Shown here: in pieces, positions 32,993 to 42,129 of the stretch | How positions within the stretch are numbered: the stretch's first letter is position 1 | How the letters are laid out: each line of letters starts with the position of its first letter | Source: an uncultured Rivularia sp. | Lineage (GTDB): Bacteria; Cyanobacteriota; Cyanobacteriia; Cyanobacteriales; Nostocaceae | Direction: 5' to 3' | Length of the DNA: 64,000 bases | Assembly (NCBI GenBank): GCA_963665115.1 | Contig: OY762007.1 | Coordinates: 5,504,001-5,568,000 of the forward strand | Notes under the pieces: generated by a model | What the model was told of the DNA's origin: nothing | What the model saw: only the letters and a program-made list of their open reading frames with translations | Database searches by the model: none | Position numbers and translations under genes: made by a program

Positions 32993-33043
32993 ACAACAAA
33001 CACAAAATATCGGAAATCAGAAAATTAACAGAAAATCAAAGTA

Positions 33044-33592
33044 TTACTGACACTGATTGCCATTGACCGATACACAAACATCAATATTTCCTCGATATGT
33101 ACCCGGTACCAATTTTTCCAATTCCCTGAATACCAAGCTAATTCCACCTGAAATTACAGTAGTATTATCAGAACATTTTTCTATTTGTTTAATATCTAAA
33201 ACTCGTAGTTCAACTCTATTTTCTTGGAAAGGATTTCTCTGTTGGTTACTAGATTGTAATGTATATTTTACGTTGTTAATATTAATAGGCAAATCGGAAT
33301 CATTAACCCTCATTTGCCAATATCTCGGCTCGTCTATAGGAATGCTGCTATCTTTAAAGGGTACATTATCACTTTTTAAATTAGTGTCTTCACCACCAAT
33401 TCCAACTTGTTCTGCATCTGTATCAATAATATCTGTTACCCCTAATTTTTGAGTATCTCCGATATAAGATAACTGATAAATATTTACATTACAGGCATTA
33501 GAGTTTGATTGTGCAAAGACTTTTGGTTGTGGTGTTAATGAGAATGCTACGACTATTGTCAAGTAGCATTTAAGAATCTTTCGCCAGTTCAT
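33044..33592 (-). CDS. Secreted putative minor pilin/tip subunit
   Basis: Signal peptide (..KVFA|Q), several Cys, and C-terminal LVPGTYRGNIDVCVSV resembling the Csu/SCPU pilin end motif. Confidence 0.6.
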   Translation of the reverse strand: MNWRKILKCYLTIVVAFSLTPQPKVFAQSNSNACNVNIYQLSYIGDTQKLGVTDIIDTDAEQVGIGGEDTNLKSDNVPFKDSSIPIDEPRYWQMRVNDSDLPININNVKYTLQSSNQQRNPFQENRVELRVLDIKQIEKCSDNTTVISGGISLVFRELEKLVPGTYRGNIDVCVSVNGNQCQ

Positions 33593-33819
33593 TGTTCAAA
33601 AAAACGATTTTTTACTAAGTTAAGGAATAAATGAATATGAACTATTAGCCTTTATTTGCTTTATAAAACTATGATTTTATGTCATCAGTTATAACTATTT
33701 TAAAAAACAAAGGGTATATTTGTTTTTTTTAATAATTATTAGTTAAATGTTTTTGATAACTAACGACATAAATTAAGCTAATTTTTGCAAATGTTAGGAT
33801 TTTTTCTGCAAAGAAGAGA

Positions 33820-33846
33820 CTGGAAGCAGGCATTCGCCTGCACCAG
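33820..33846 (-). terminator. Hairpin/partial terminator after the putative major pilin
   Basis: Minus strand CTGG-T-GCAGGC-gaat-GCCTGC-TT-CCAG followed by TCTCTTCTTT. Confidence 0.6.
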
Positions 33847-33868
33847 AAATTTAAAAACCAAATCGGAA

Positions 33869-34474
33869 TTATGGATTCACAACTCGGATGGTAATTTCAC
33901 CGCCAGTATATGTTGTAGCAGAGCCAGCACTAGGGTTTGAGAAAGTGAAATCAAAGGCTGCCGATCCTTCTCTATACTGAACATTATTGGCATTTTGCTT
34001 TTGTTCCTCTGTTCCTTTTGTTACTTGAGTAATAGTAACTGTATCTGTTGATGGTGTTCCGCCACCGAAGCTACCGCCACCACCTGTAGCACCATTTGAA
34101 TCTTGCAAAGTATTTTGGCTTGCTACAATCTCAACATTTGCCCCTGTATTACCCCAAAGTTGATACAAACGAGGAACTATTTTTTGAACAGTACCATTAC
34201 CTGATTGACCATCAGGCGCATCTGTTGACAAAGTACCAGTTCCTGCTTTTTCATCATAAATGTTGCCTTGCTGCTGCTCTACAGAACCTGTTCCCTGTAA
34301 ATCTTGTTGGCTAACTACAAACTTTAGACCCTCGTATGTACGTAGGAAAACTTGTGGAGTTACTTCAATTTCCACTGGTAAAACAGCAGTTTGTGCGCGT
34401 GCTGGTGCAGCGAAGATAGCGCTACCAACTACTGCTGCACTTGCAGCCAAAAGACCCAAAACTTTCTTATTCAT
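33869..34474 (-). CDS. Secreted putative major pilin subunit
   Basis: Likely start MNKKVLG (34474) giving a Sec signal ending APARA; mature N-terminus TAVLPVEIEV (alternating hydrophobics); C-terminus TYTGGEITIRVVNP; G/T/S-rich. Confidence 0.65.
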   Translation of the reverse strand: MNKKVLGLLAASAAVVGSAIFAAPARAQTAVLPVEIEVTPQVFLRTYEGLKFVVSQQDLQGTGSVEQQQGNIYDEKAGTGTLSTDAPDGQSGNGTVQKIVPRLYQLWGNTGANVEIVASQNTLQDSNGATGGGGSFGGGTPSTDTVTITQVTKGTEEQKQNANNVQYREGSAAFDFTFSNPSAGSATTYTGGEITIRVVNP

Positions 34475-35489
34475 GTAAATTCTCTCTGTGGTTTTAGTAA
34501 GGTAAATGTTGTTTGTTTGATAAACTCTCTTTTTCTGACTTATCCAAATCAATTTGCTAAAGGGATGAAAAATTAAACCTGGAGAATCAAGTTATTAGAA
34601 TAAAAATACGCACACCTGGATTTATGGAGCCAATATTCCGGTACAGTACATTTTATACAAGGTTTATAAAAACCATAACTTTGACTTCATGCTTTGATAA
34701 AGCGGTTTGATAGAGATTCCCTGGTAAGCCGGAGAGTAACGAAAAAAACGAAATTTGATTATGAAGACAATCAAGTTAATTAAAATATCAGATTTTTTTC
34801 AGCATCACCCCCTTTAACGATCAAATAAAAAACTTTTATGTTTCATCTCGTTTACGTAAGCAATTAACAATGAAGCGACAATTCGTAAACGAGATTATCG
34901 AAATACTTTTAATAAAAGTTTTATCTAATAAAACTACTTATTAATTGCTTTAATGAGGCTTCATTTATAACATCGCTTCTATTATTGATAGGGAACTTAC
35001 AGAAGTTTGGAAAGTTGCTTTATACTAACCGAGTCAATAGTTAACCGTCTACATAATGGCAAATAAGGAAAGTATGTCTCGCAATATATACAATATATAG
35101 AACATACTTTTTGCTGAGTACGAAGATGACAAAAATATTGCCAGAACAATTTATAGTTTACTTACTCTTCTATAAACGCAGTTTCCTAAACTCCCACACT
35201 CTTTTTGTTTTGCTATCAATCAATAAAGTTGTTGAAACTTGATATCAAGTTACCAATTTTTATGAATAGAAGCTTTAACTAATTTTGTTGATTGCTTGTT
35301 AACTGCTTTACATCAAGAATGTAACCTCTACTCCTAAAATACAACTTCAGTAAGAATATGGAATTACGTGGAATTGAAGTAAAATTTTTATCCGAGATAA
35401 CACTGATAGGAAGAAGGGGAAGAAGGGGCAGAGGGGGAAGATGGGGGAGATCGGGGAGAGGGGGAGATGAGGGATAGTAGTAACTAAAT

Positions 35490-35537
35490 AGCGAGCAAGA
35501 TGCATGTCCTTGCGGACGCGCTACGCTAACGCACTAC
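35490..35537. repeat. Family A REP half interrupted by a ~27-nt small dispersed repeat
   Basis: AGCGAGCAAGATGC[ATGTCCTTGCGGACGCGCTACGCTAAC]GCACTAC versus the intact AGCGAGCAAGATGCTCGCACTAC at 18750. Confidence 0.75.
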
Positions 35538-35560
35538 TTACTGTTCACTGTTCACTGACT

Positions 35561-36952
35561 ATGTTTCAAGCTACTCGTCGCCGTCTTGCGATTTGGTATA
35601 CTGCTGTAACGGCTGTGTTATTGCTGCTGTTTGCTAGTGGAGTTTACTTGTATGTACGGAACACTTTGATTGAACGGATTGACGATACGTTAAATCATGT
35701 GGTGGAAGTTGTTGAGCGATCGCTAGTTATTGAAGGGGTTAACTCGAATAATGGTCTATTCAAACTTAATTTAGAAGCGAGTTTCCGTGATAATGCGGAT
35801 ACAACAGAAGATGACCGTATAGATTTGGAATGGTTTAGCCCTACTGGTAAGTTACTTTGGTCAACTTTATCTGAACCGTTAAATATTCCCATTTATTCTA
35901 ATCGTATGGGTGAAACTGTTCGGGTGATGAGAGGGGAAAATGTAGATGGGCTTTCTGAGCCGATGCTGTTGCGACAAGTTACTGAAAGAGTAGAAGCTGG
36001 ACGACAAGTTTTGGGATATCTGCGGGTAAGCCATCCTTGGTTTGAAGTGACAAAACCTAGCCGTCAATTAATTGTGGATTTGGGTTTGGGTATTGGCTTG
36101 ATGTTAGTTTCTGTGGCAACTAGCGGGTGGTTTCTTGCGGGATTAGCAATGCAACCTGTAAGAGAGTCTTATCAACGTCTCAAGCAGTTTACCGCAGATG
36201 CTTCTCACGAACTTAGAAGTCCGATCGCATTAATTCAAACTAACGTACAGGTTGCTTTGGATGAGTTGGAAGTAACGCAAACACAAGGGATTTATGTAGA
36301 GCATTATCAACAACAGTTAAAGTTAGTAGAACGATTAACTCAACGTCTTGGTAAGTTAGTCAATGATTTGCTGTTTCTAGCTCGTCAGGATAGCGGAATT
36401 ACCAGCTATGAGTTTTCTTCTTGCCCTATTGACGCTTTGCTAATGGAAGTAGTTGAAGAACAACAACTGCTTGCTGCTGAAAAAAAGATTGCTCTATGCT
36501 TACATTTAATTGATTCTCCAGAAACCGAAACTAATCCGGAATTGCTTGAAGATTGGTTTACCTTGATGGGTAATTGGGAGCAATTAGCACGTTTATTTAC
36601 TAATTTAATTAGCAATGCTTTACGCTACACCCAGGAAAACGGCAGAGTGGAAGTTGAATTGTCGCGTTTGGAAATTGTAAATCGCTCGGTACTGCAAGTG
36701 AAGGTTAAAGATAACGGTATTGGTATTCCATCTGAAGCTTTACCGCGTTTATTTGACCGTTTTTACCGAGTAGATCCAGCACGCAGCCATACATCGGGAA
36801 ATACTTTGACCAAAAATACTCACGGTTCGGGTTTGGGACTACCTATATCTAAGGCAATTCTGGAAAACCATCAAGGACAAGTGCAATTTGAAAGCGTTCT
36901 TGAAAAAGGTACAACAGTGACTGTCACTTTGCCAATTATTCCTGAGTATTAA
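35561..36952 (+). CDS. Membrane sensor histidine kinase
   Basis: Two TM segments, FTADASHELRSP H-box, NLISNALRY, DNGIGI, GSGLGL. Start taken as MFQATRRR (35561) because the upstream extension is repeat-derived. Confidence 0.95.
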   Translation: MFQATRRRLAIWYTAVTAVLLLLFASGVYLYVRNTLIERIDDTLNHVVEVVERSLVIEGVNSNNGLFKLNLEASFRDNADTTEDDRIDLEWFSPTGKLLWSTLSEPLNIPIYSNRMGETVRVMRGENVDGLSEPMLLRQVTERVEAGRQVLGYLRVSHPWFEVTKPSRQLIVDLGLGIGLMLVSVATSGWFLAGLAMQPVRESYQRLKQFTADASHELRSPIALIQTNVQVALDELEVTQTQGIYVEHYQQQLKLVERLTQRLGKLVNDLLFLARQDSGITSYEFSSCPIDALLMEVVEEQQLLAAEKKIALCLHLIDSPETETNPELLEDWFTLMGNWEQLARLFTNLISNALRYTQENGRVEVELSRLEIVNRSVLQVKVKDNGIGIPSEALPRLFDRFYRVDPARSHTSGNTLTKNTHGSGLGLPISKAILENHQGQVQFESVLEKGTTVTVTLPIIPEY

Positions 36953-37273
36953 TTCTGAGTGCTAAAAATGTTTCGAGTGACGGATACAACTTGCTTCTAG
37001 TGGCAGATGCAGATGAGTAACTGTACCTATTAATGTGGTTGATAAAGCTTGAAGAATAAAATCAATTAGTACGTGACTAACTGTTTAAAATCAAAAGATG
37101 ACGGCTAACTAGCAGATGGGATAAATTTGTCCTAACTGCTTTTTAATGTCAAAGATTAACTTTTGCTTATTTAAAACATTTTTTGTAGAAATGCTACAAT
37201 TTTTTAGTTTTACTTTTGATGACAATAACTTCAGCTAAATATACATAAAAAATAAAGCTTTCAGGAGGGTTAA

Positions 37274-38122
37274 ATGCCTATTAATTTAAGAGAAGATGTT
37301 GCCTTTATTATACTCAAAAAAATTAAAGACAGCGGCTCGGGAATGCATGAAATTGGCTTCACCGAAACTGACTTTACTGGTCGAGGATTAACAAAAAGTG
37401 ACTTCATGGGTCATTTGGATTACTTAAATCAAAAACAGTACATCCAAGCTAAATTTTCAGGTAATGCATATGCAAACCAGGAAGATGTTCCCGATCTAGT
37501 AAACTCAGACGAAGTTGATGTTAGAGTTGCAAATACTTTGGGTGCTGAAGATGGCCCTCTTCCACATTTAATTAAATTTGAAGAGGCAAAATTAACCGAT
37601 AAAGGGCAAAAGTTACTTGAAAGAATGGAGAAAAACCCTCCCGAAGCTTTAGATAAAGGTCCTGCAAGTCCAATCGCTACGAAAGATATGCCTTTCTTAG
37701 AAAAGGTAATGCTTAAAGGTAGTTTAAACGATATTTTTGATGCTAGAGATATCAGTGAAGTAGTATTCCGCACCATGCGCGATATGATGACTACCGAAGC
37801 ATCCGAACGGGTTTCTAAAGAATTGCACCAACCAGCAGAACCCACTAAAGATAAGGCTTTGCAAAACGAAATTGCCGATTTATGGAAAGATACTAACCCC
37901 ATAGTCGCTTTCTTAAGTAAAGTTCGTCCACCCCTCAAAATAGATTCTGACACTTTCTTATTCCGCATTCGTCAAGAGGGTGGCTTACAAAAAGGTGTAA
38001 ATGAAAAAATGGTAGTAAAATCCGTCTTTTCTGCCACTAAAGACGAATTATCCAACGAAAGAGTGAAGGAAATTGAAGGCTTTTTACCAGATGCAATTCT
38101 TAAATTGTGGCAAGAGGCTTAA
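37274..38122 (+). CDS. DUF2267 domain protein with N-terminal winged-helix-like extension
   Basis: C-half FLEKV...DARDISEVVFRTMRD...KSVFSATK.EL...LP...LW; RBS GGAGGG upstream. Confidence 0.8.
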   Translation: MPINLREDVAFIILKKIKDSGSGMHEIGFTETDFTGRGLTKSDFMGHLDYLNQKQYIQAKFSGNAYANQEDVPDLVNSDEVDVRVANTLGAEDGPLPHLIKFEEAKLTDKGQKLLERMEKNPPEALDKGPASPIATKDMPFLEKVMLKGSLNDIFDARDISEVVFRTMRDMMTTEASERVSKELHQPAEPTKDKALQNEIADLWKDTNPIVAFLSKVRPPLKIDSDTFLFRIRQEGGLQKGVNEKMVVKSVFSATKDELSNERVKEIEGFLPDAILKLWQEA

Positions 38123-38625
38123 TTTTAGGGAGTAGGGAGCAGGAGTTAGGAGTTAATATTAATTCCTAGCTCTTTTTTTTTGTTTTATAGTCGTTTTAAA
38201 CTAAAAAACAGGTGGTAATGTCCTTATTGTGGTTAAGAGTTAGGAGTTGGAAATTGGGAATTACAGAATAAATTTTTTAAGGTTTAAAGTCCCCGGATTT
38301 ATCCGTAGATTATGGCAAGCATGAAGCCCCTTAATTTTATTTATGGGGAATTGATTACGAATTACGAATTACGCTCACTCCCTTCCCGTTCTATAATTAC
38401 CTTTCTCTCGCTATCTCTTTCCTCTGCGTCTAGTAAGATTTTTTTATAGGCGATCTTTTACGGGAAAGGAGTTAGGAGTTAAGAATTGAGTAAAGAGTAG
38501 TAAGTAGCAAGTAAATCTTCTCGTTCTTATTCTCGGCTCCTCAACCATCTATTTCCTAATCGTTACTCGCTACTCATTACTTACTACTCGCTACTTTAAG
38601 AATCCCCAATCCTCAATCCCCTCCG

Positions 38626-39717
38626 TCAGCTTTTTTTCATCATCTGAGTAACTCTATCGCGCAGTAGCAACTCCTTTCTACTATCTTCGAGGGTTCTTGC
38701 TAAAGTAATTGCTCTTTCATAAAAATTACGTGCTGTGGAATATTTACCAAGCTTTTCGTATAGTTGAGCGTAGGATTCAAAGGATTTTAGTTGTTCGCGC
38801 GAGTTTTGTAAGTACGAAGCGATCGCCAACCGTTTTTCTAATAAGTCGATTGCACGATTATACCGACCTACCGAACTATGAGCAGCTACTAACCCGTCAA
38901 TCGCTCGTAGTTGATTGGGATTATCTCGTGCTGTTTTAGCAAGTCTTAATGCCGTTCCATAGGTACCGATTCTGTCTTGATAAGTACCAATTGCTTCGTA
39001 GGCTTCACCTAGATTATTTAAGGTATTTGCTTCACCTATAGGATTACCAACTTTTCGTCGATAATTAAGAGCGTTTTTGTAGAGCTTAACTGCTTTGTTA
39101 TAATCTCCTACCCTTGCTGCGGCTAATCCCAAATTACTTAAGGATATTCCGTAACCTTCAGTACTGTTGAGGTTTTGAGCGATTGTTAATGCTTGCTCAA
39201 AAGTTTGGGAAGCGGTTTGAAATTCGCCTTTTTGTAGCAGCAAAGTTCCGATGTTATTCAGCGCAAAAATCTGACTTTGAAAGTCTTTCGTGTCGCGAGC
39301 GATCGCCAAACGTCTGCGAATTGCGTCCGAAGCTTTTTTATACTGCTGTAGCTCAATGTAACTTTTGCCTAAAAACTCGTAAGTTAAACCAAGTGCATTT
39401 AGATCGCCAATTGAGTGGTAAATTTCTCTTGCTTGCAATAAGGAGTTAACTGCTTTGTGAGGATTTCCTTCGATATTTTGTCTTTCACCTAAACGCAGCA
39501 AAGTATCTGCTTCGTCCCTTGATTGAACTAATACTTTTTGATCTATTCGGGGATAATGTAGTTGTTCGGTAATATCAGTAGCAGTGGCAGCTATAGGACT
39601 TAATAATAAGGAAAATAGTAAAAAACCAAAAGCCTTGTTAAGTTTGTTGGGGAATTGCTTCCGGGCACTATAGGATGATTGAAATTTTGCTGCTGCTAGT
39701 AGATTCCATTGTTTCAT
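38626..39717 (-). CDS. Secreted tetratricopeptide repeat protein
   Basis: Signal-like hydrophobic stretch; repeated LNNIG/LSNLG/LNNLG TPR motifs. Confidence 0.9.
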   Translation of the reverse strand: MKQWNLLAAAKFQSSYSARKQFPNKLNKAFGFLLFSLLLSPIAATATDITEQLHYPRIDQKVLVQSRDEADTLLRLGERQNIEGNPHKAVNSLLQAREIYHSIGDLNALGLTYEFLGKSYIELQQYKKASDAIRRRLAIARDTKDFQSQIFALNNIGTLLLQKGEFQTASQTFEQALTIAQNLNSTEGYGISLSNLGLAAARVGDYNKAVKLYKNALNYRRKVGNPIGEANTLNNLGEAYEAIGTYQDRIGTYGTALRLAKTARDNPNQLRAIDGLVAAHSSVGRYNRAIDLLEKRLAIASYLQNSREQLKSFESYAQLYEKLGKYSTARNFYERAITLARTLEDSRKELLLRDRVTQMMKKS

Positions 39718-39806
39718 ATAAATTTACCGTAAAAATTTAGTTTTAAGTAAAAGCATTTACAAAAAAGAAATATTCTACCAGCATATATTCGTATATAACA
39801 GTAATT

Positions 39807-40445
39807 TTACGCAGATACTGGTTGAAGGAAATTTTCACCCAAGTATATGGAACGGATGTCTGCTGGTAGTTTTTCTTCTAGCATACGATAACCTTGTTGG
39901 AGAAAATTTGCTACTTCGTTTGGAGAAATACCTTCTCCTTCGGCTTGTAAATAAGCTGCAATTCTCGTTTCACTCCAGTGGAAAGTTTGAGCCATTAAGA
40001 CTATCAATCTCAACATAGGTGGTAATTGGTCTAAAGACTGTTCTACATAGCACCATAGAGGCGGAGAAGTGGTTTTCAGGGAATAATGAATACTTTCGGT
40101 AGGTGGCAGTTCTGTTTCATTGATACAGTAAGCCGTCATATTAATCAGCCAGTTTTGTAAAGTCATAGCTGGTGCCTGTGGTTCTGTACTTTCTAAGTTA
40201 ACTCCACCGACTTGGTAGTAAATATGTTTCCAAGTCATGGCGAACAAATAATCGGCTTGTACTGGCGATCGCGCTGAATGCATAATCAAGGTGTAGACAA
40301 TGGGACTATATCGGCAAAATATCGCCGTAAAGTATCTTCCAGCGTCTGGGTGCTGTCCAAACAAGTTGATGAGTTCTTGGTCGCTTTTATGGAACAGTGA
40401 CTTGACTAGAGGATGGTTGGATTCTGGAAAATGAGGAATTTGCAC
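39807..40445 (-). CDS. Sigma-70/ECF-like protein
   Basis: SDQELI, region-2-like FTAIFCRYSPIVY...WL, region-4-like LDQLPPMLR...SETRIA. Confidence 0.7.
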   Translation of the reverse strand: MQIPHFPESNHPLVKSLFHKSDQELINLFGQHPDAGRYFTAIFCRYSPIVYTLIMHSARSPVQADYLFAMTWKHIYYQVGGVNLESTEPQAPAMTLQNWLINMTAYCINETELPPTESIHYSLKTTSPPLWCYVEQSLDQLPPMLRLIVLMAQTFHWSETRIAAYLQAEGEGISPNEVANFLQQGYRMLEEKLPADIRSIYLGENFLQPVSA

Positions 40446-40865
40446 GGTCTTTTTTAATCTATGTTGCTAGAATTATCTGAGGGATGTATATTTTTCGTTA
40501 ATCGCATAATATCTTGGTGTTGATGTATTTAGCACGAACATTTAGATTAAAAGTTTTCATACATACTTAAGTACCATTTTTAATGTTGGTCTTATTTAAC
40601 TGTCTCGGATCGGGTTTTCGATTGAAATTGAATATTTTAGATTAAACTTCTACTTATGGTTGAGCATGAGGATAATCCAAAATCATCAAATCATGCAATT
40701 AATAATCCAAAATCTGACGCAAGAAAATTTGCCGGAACATTTACACTGCTAACTGGCTCAATCCGCAAAGTCTCCGCACAAAAACATCCGTTATTAACAT
40801 CCAAAATCTAAAATAGATTTAAACTTTGTCAAAAACAGCTTTCTTATATATTTACTGATTTATTC

Positions 40866-41450
40866 ATGGTTACACCAGTTAACGCGATCGCTTACCTATT
40901 TACTCCAAATACTTTAGGCTCTTTTCTGCCGTTGGATAGTTTGTTCTCCACGCAGGGCATAATGGTGATGCTTCTAGCAGCTTATGCTGGAGCTATGTGG
41001 ATGTTCCTTTCCAGCGCTCCAAAAGTACATACCGTTATGGTCTCCGATTTAGAGGTAGCCCGAGATTTATATGAAGGGCTATTAGATTTACCCGCAGCAG
41101 AAGTACCTTTGCACTATTATTACAATTACGAACAAACAATTGGTGCAACGGGAATCGATCCGATGTATTTGGGTAGCAGCCCCACCTATCCCAGCAGGAT
41201 GTCAAATGCTACTGAAGGGCTTTGGTATCAACTTAAGAAAAATACTCAGCTACACGTAATTACTGGAGCTAGTTTGGGCAACAAAAACCAGCAGCGTCAC
41301 GTATGCTTCGATCGTGATTGTTTAGAAATGGTTTTATTGCGAGTTGAAACACGAGGCTTAAAATTTAAAATTCGTAATCGTAAGCCACTGAATTTTTTGG
41401 TGAAAGATTACGACGGACGAGTTGTTGAAATGGCAGAAGTTGCAAATTAA
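40866..41450 (+). CDS. Glyoxalase-like (VOC) domain protein with N-terminal TM
   Basis: HTVMVSDLEVAR.LYEGLL, QLHVI, RHVCF, DYDGRVVE. Confidence 0.85.
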   Translation: MVTPVNAIAYLFTPNTLGSFLPLDSLFSTQGIMVMLLAAYAGAMWMFLSSAPKVHTVMVSDLEVARDLYEGLLDLPAAEVPLHYYYNYEQTIGATGIDPMYLGSSPTYPSRMSNATEGLWYQLKKNTQLHVITGASLGNKNQQRHVCFDRDCLEMVLLRVETRGLKFKIRNRKPLNFLVKDYDGRVVEMAEVAN

Positions 41451-41452
41451 GT

Positions 41453-41479
41453 GTAGAGACGTAGCAGTGCTACGTCTCT
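41453..41479. repeat. REP-like palindrome, family B
   Basis: GT-AGAGACGTAGCA-G-TGCTACGTCTCT. Confidence 0.85.
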
Positions 41480-41590
41480 TATTAAGTTAAGAGTTAGGAG
41501 TAACTAAGGTTAAAGGTTAAAGGTTAAAGGTTAAATTTCTCCTTGTCCCCTTGTCACCCCATCTCCCCATCTCCCTACTCCCTTTATTAG

Positions 41591-42064
41591 TCACTCCTGC
41601 TTATAAATTCTTTCCAATCTCTCTACCAATTGTTCTGCCAAATCTAATAAATCAACAGTATCGCTATCATCGCTAAAACTGCGATTAATTTTTGCAAAAC
41701 TCGCACTTTCTACTAATACGGTTTTGATTGCAAATACTCGATTTTGCAATTCAGAAAGTCTCAGACAATCTTCTAATTGAGCCGCAATTTCTGAGAGTGA
41801 TTTACCTTGTAACTGCTTTCTTGCACTTACAGCAACCCAATCATCACTTTCTAAAAAAGTTGTTACCGATTCGACAAAATTAGTTTGCCTATTTTCATCT
41901 TCATCCCACTTTTCTAACCAATCTCCATCTACATCTTCAGCATACAAATAAGCTGCTTCTAGTCCGTATCTAACTATGTCATTTTGTAATTTTTGAGCTG
42001 CTTCTACAGATTCTATAACCTTATCTAATCTCTTTTGACAGTCTATTGACATTTCTTTTACCAT
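41591..42064 (-). CDS. Hypothetical acidic helical protein
   Basis: 157-aa ORF, D/E-rich, co-oriented with and 65 bp downstream of the 231-aa gene. Confidence 0.7.
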   Translation of the reverse strand: MVKEMSIDCQKRLDKVIESVEAAQKLQNDIVRYGLEAAYLYAEDVDGDWLEKWDEDENRQTNFVESVTTFLESDDWVAVSARKQLQGKSLSEIAAQLEDCLRLSELQNRVFAIKTVLVESASFAKINRSFSDDSDTVDLLDLAEQLVERLERIYKQE

Positions 42065-42129
42065 TTATGACTCGAATTATTAAGAGATATTGCCGATGCT
42101 CTAATTAGCTAAAAACCAAAAACTAAAGA

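Noticed and set aside
34520..34565. Possible c-di-GMP-I riboswitch ahead of the pilin (GCAAA followed by a short stem on the minus strand)
   Set aside because: It lacks the GAAA tetraloop and the GACGCAAAG core; the resemblance is too weak.
28100..35500. Absence of HIP1 sites in the pilus cluster as evidence of horizontal transfer
   Set aside because: Only about 14 GCGATCGC sites were counted by eye in 64 kb, so a gap of this size is expected by chance.
35504..35560. N-terminal extension of the histidine kinase in the ORF track
   Set aside because: The upstream ATG lies in an inserted micro-repeat; MFQATRRR at 35561 is the more plausible start.
37184..37197. Possible NtcA box upstream of the DUF2267 gene (GTA-gaaatgc-TAC)
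   Set aside because: The spacing is N7 rather than the GTA-N8-TAC consensus.
37429..37968. 179-aa antisense ORF, and similar shadow ORFs inside infB, ppk1, nusA and the usher gene
   Set aside because: They lie entirely within well-supported genes in another frame or on the other strand, and have no independent motifs.
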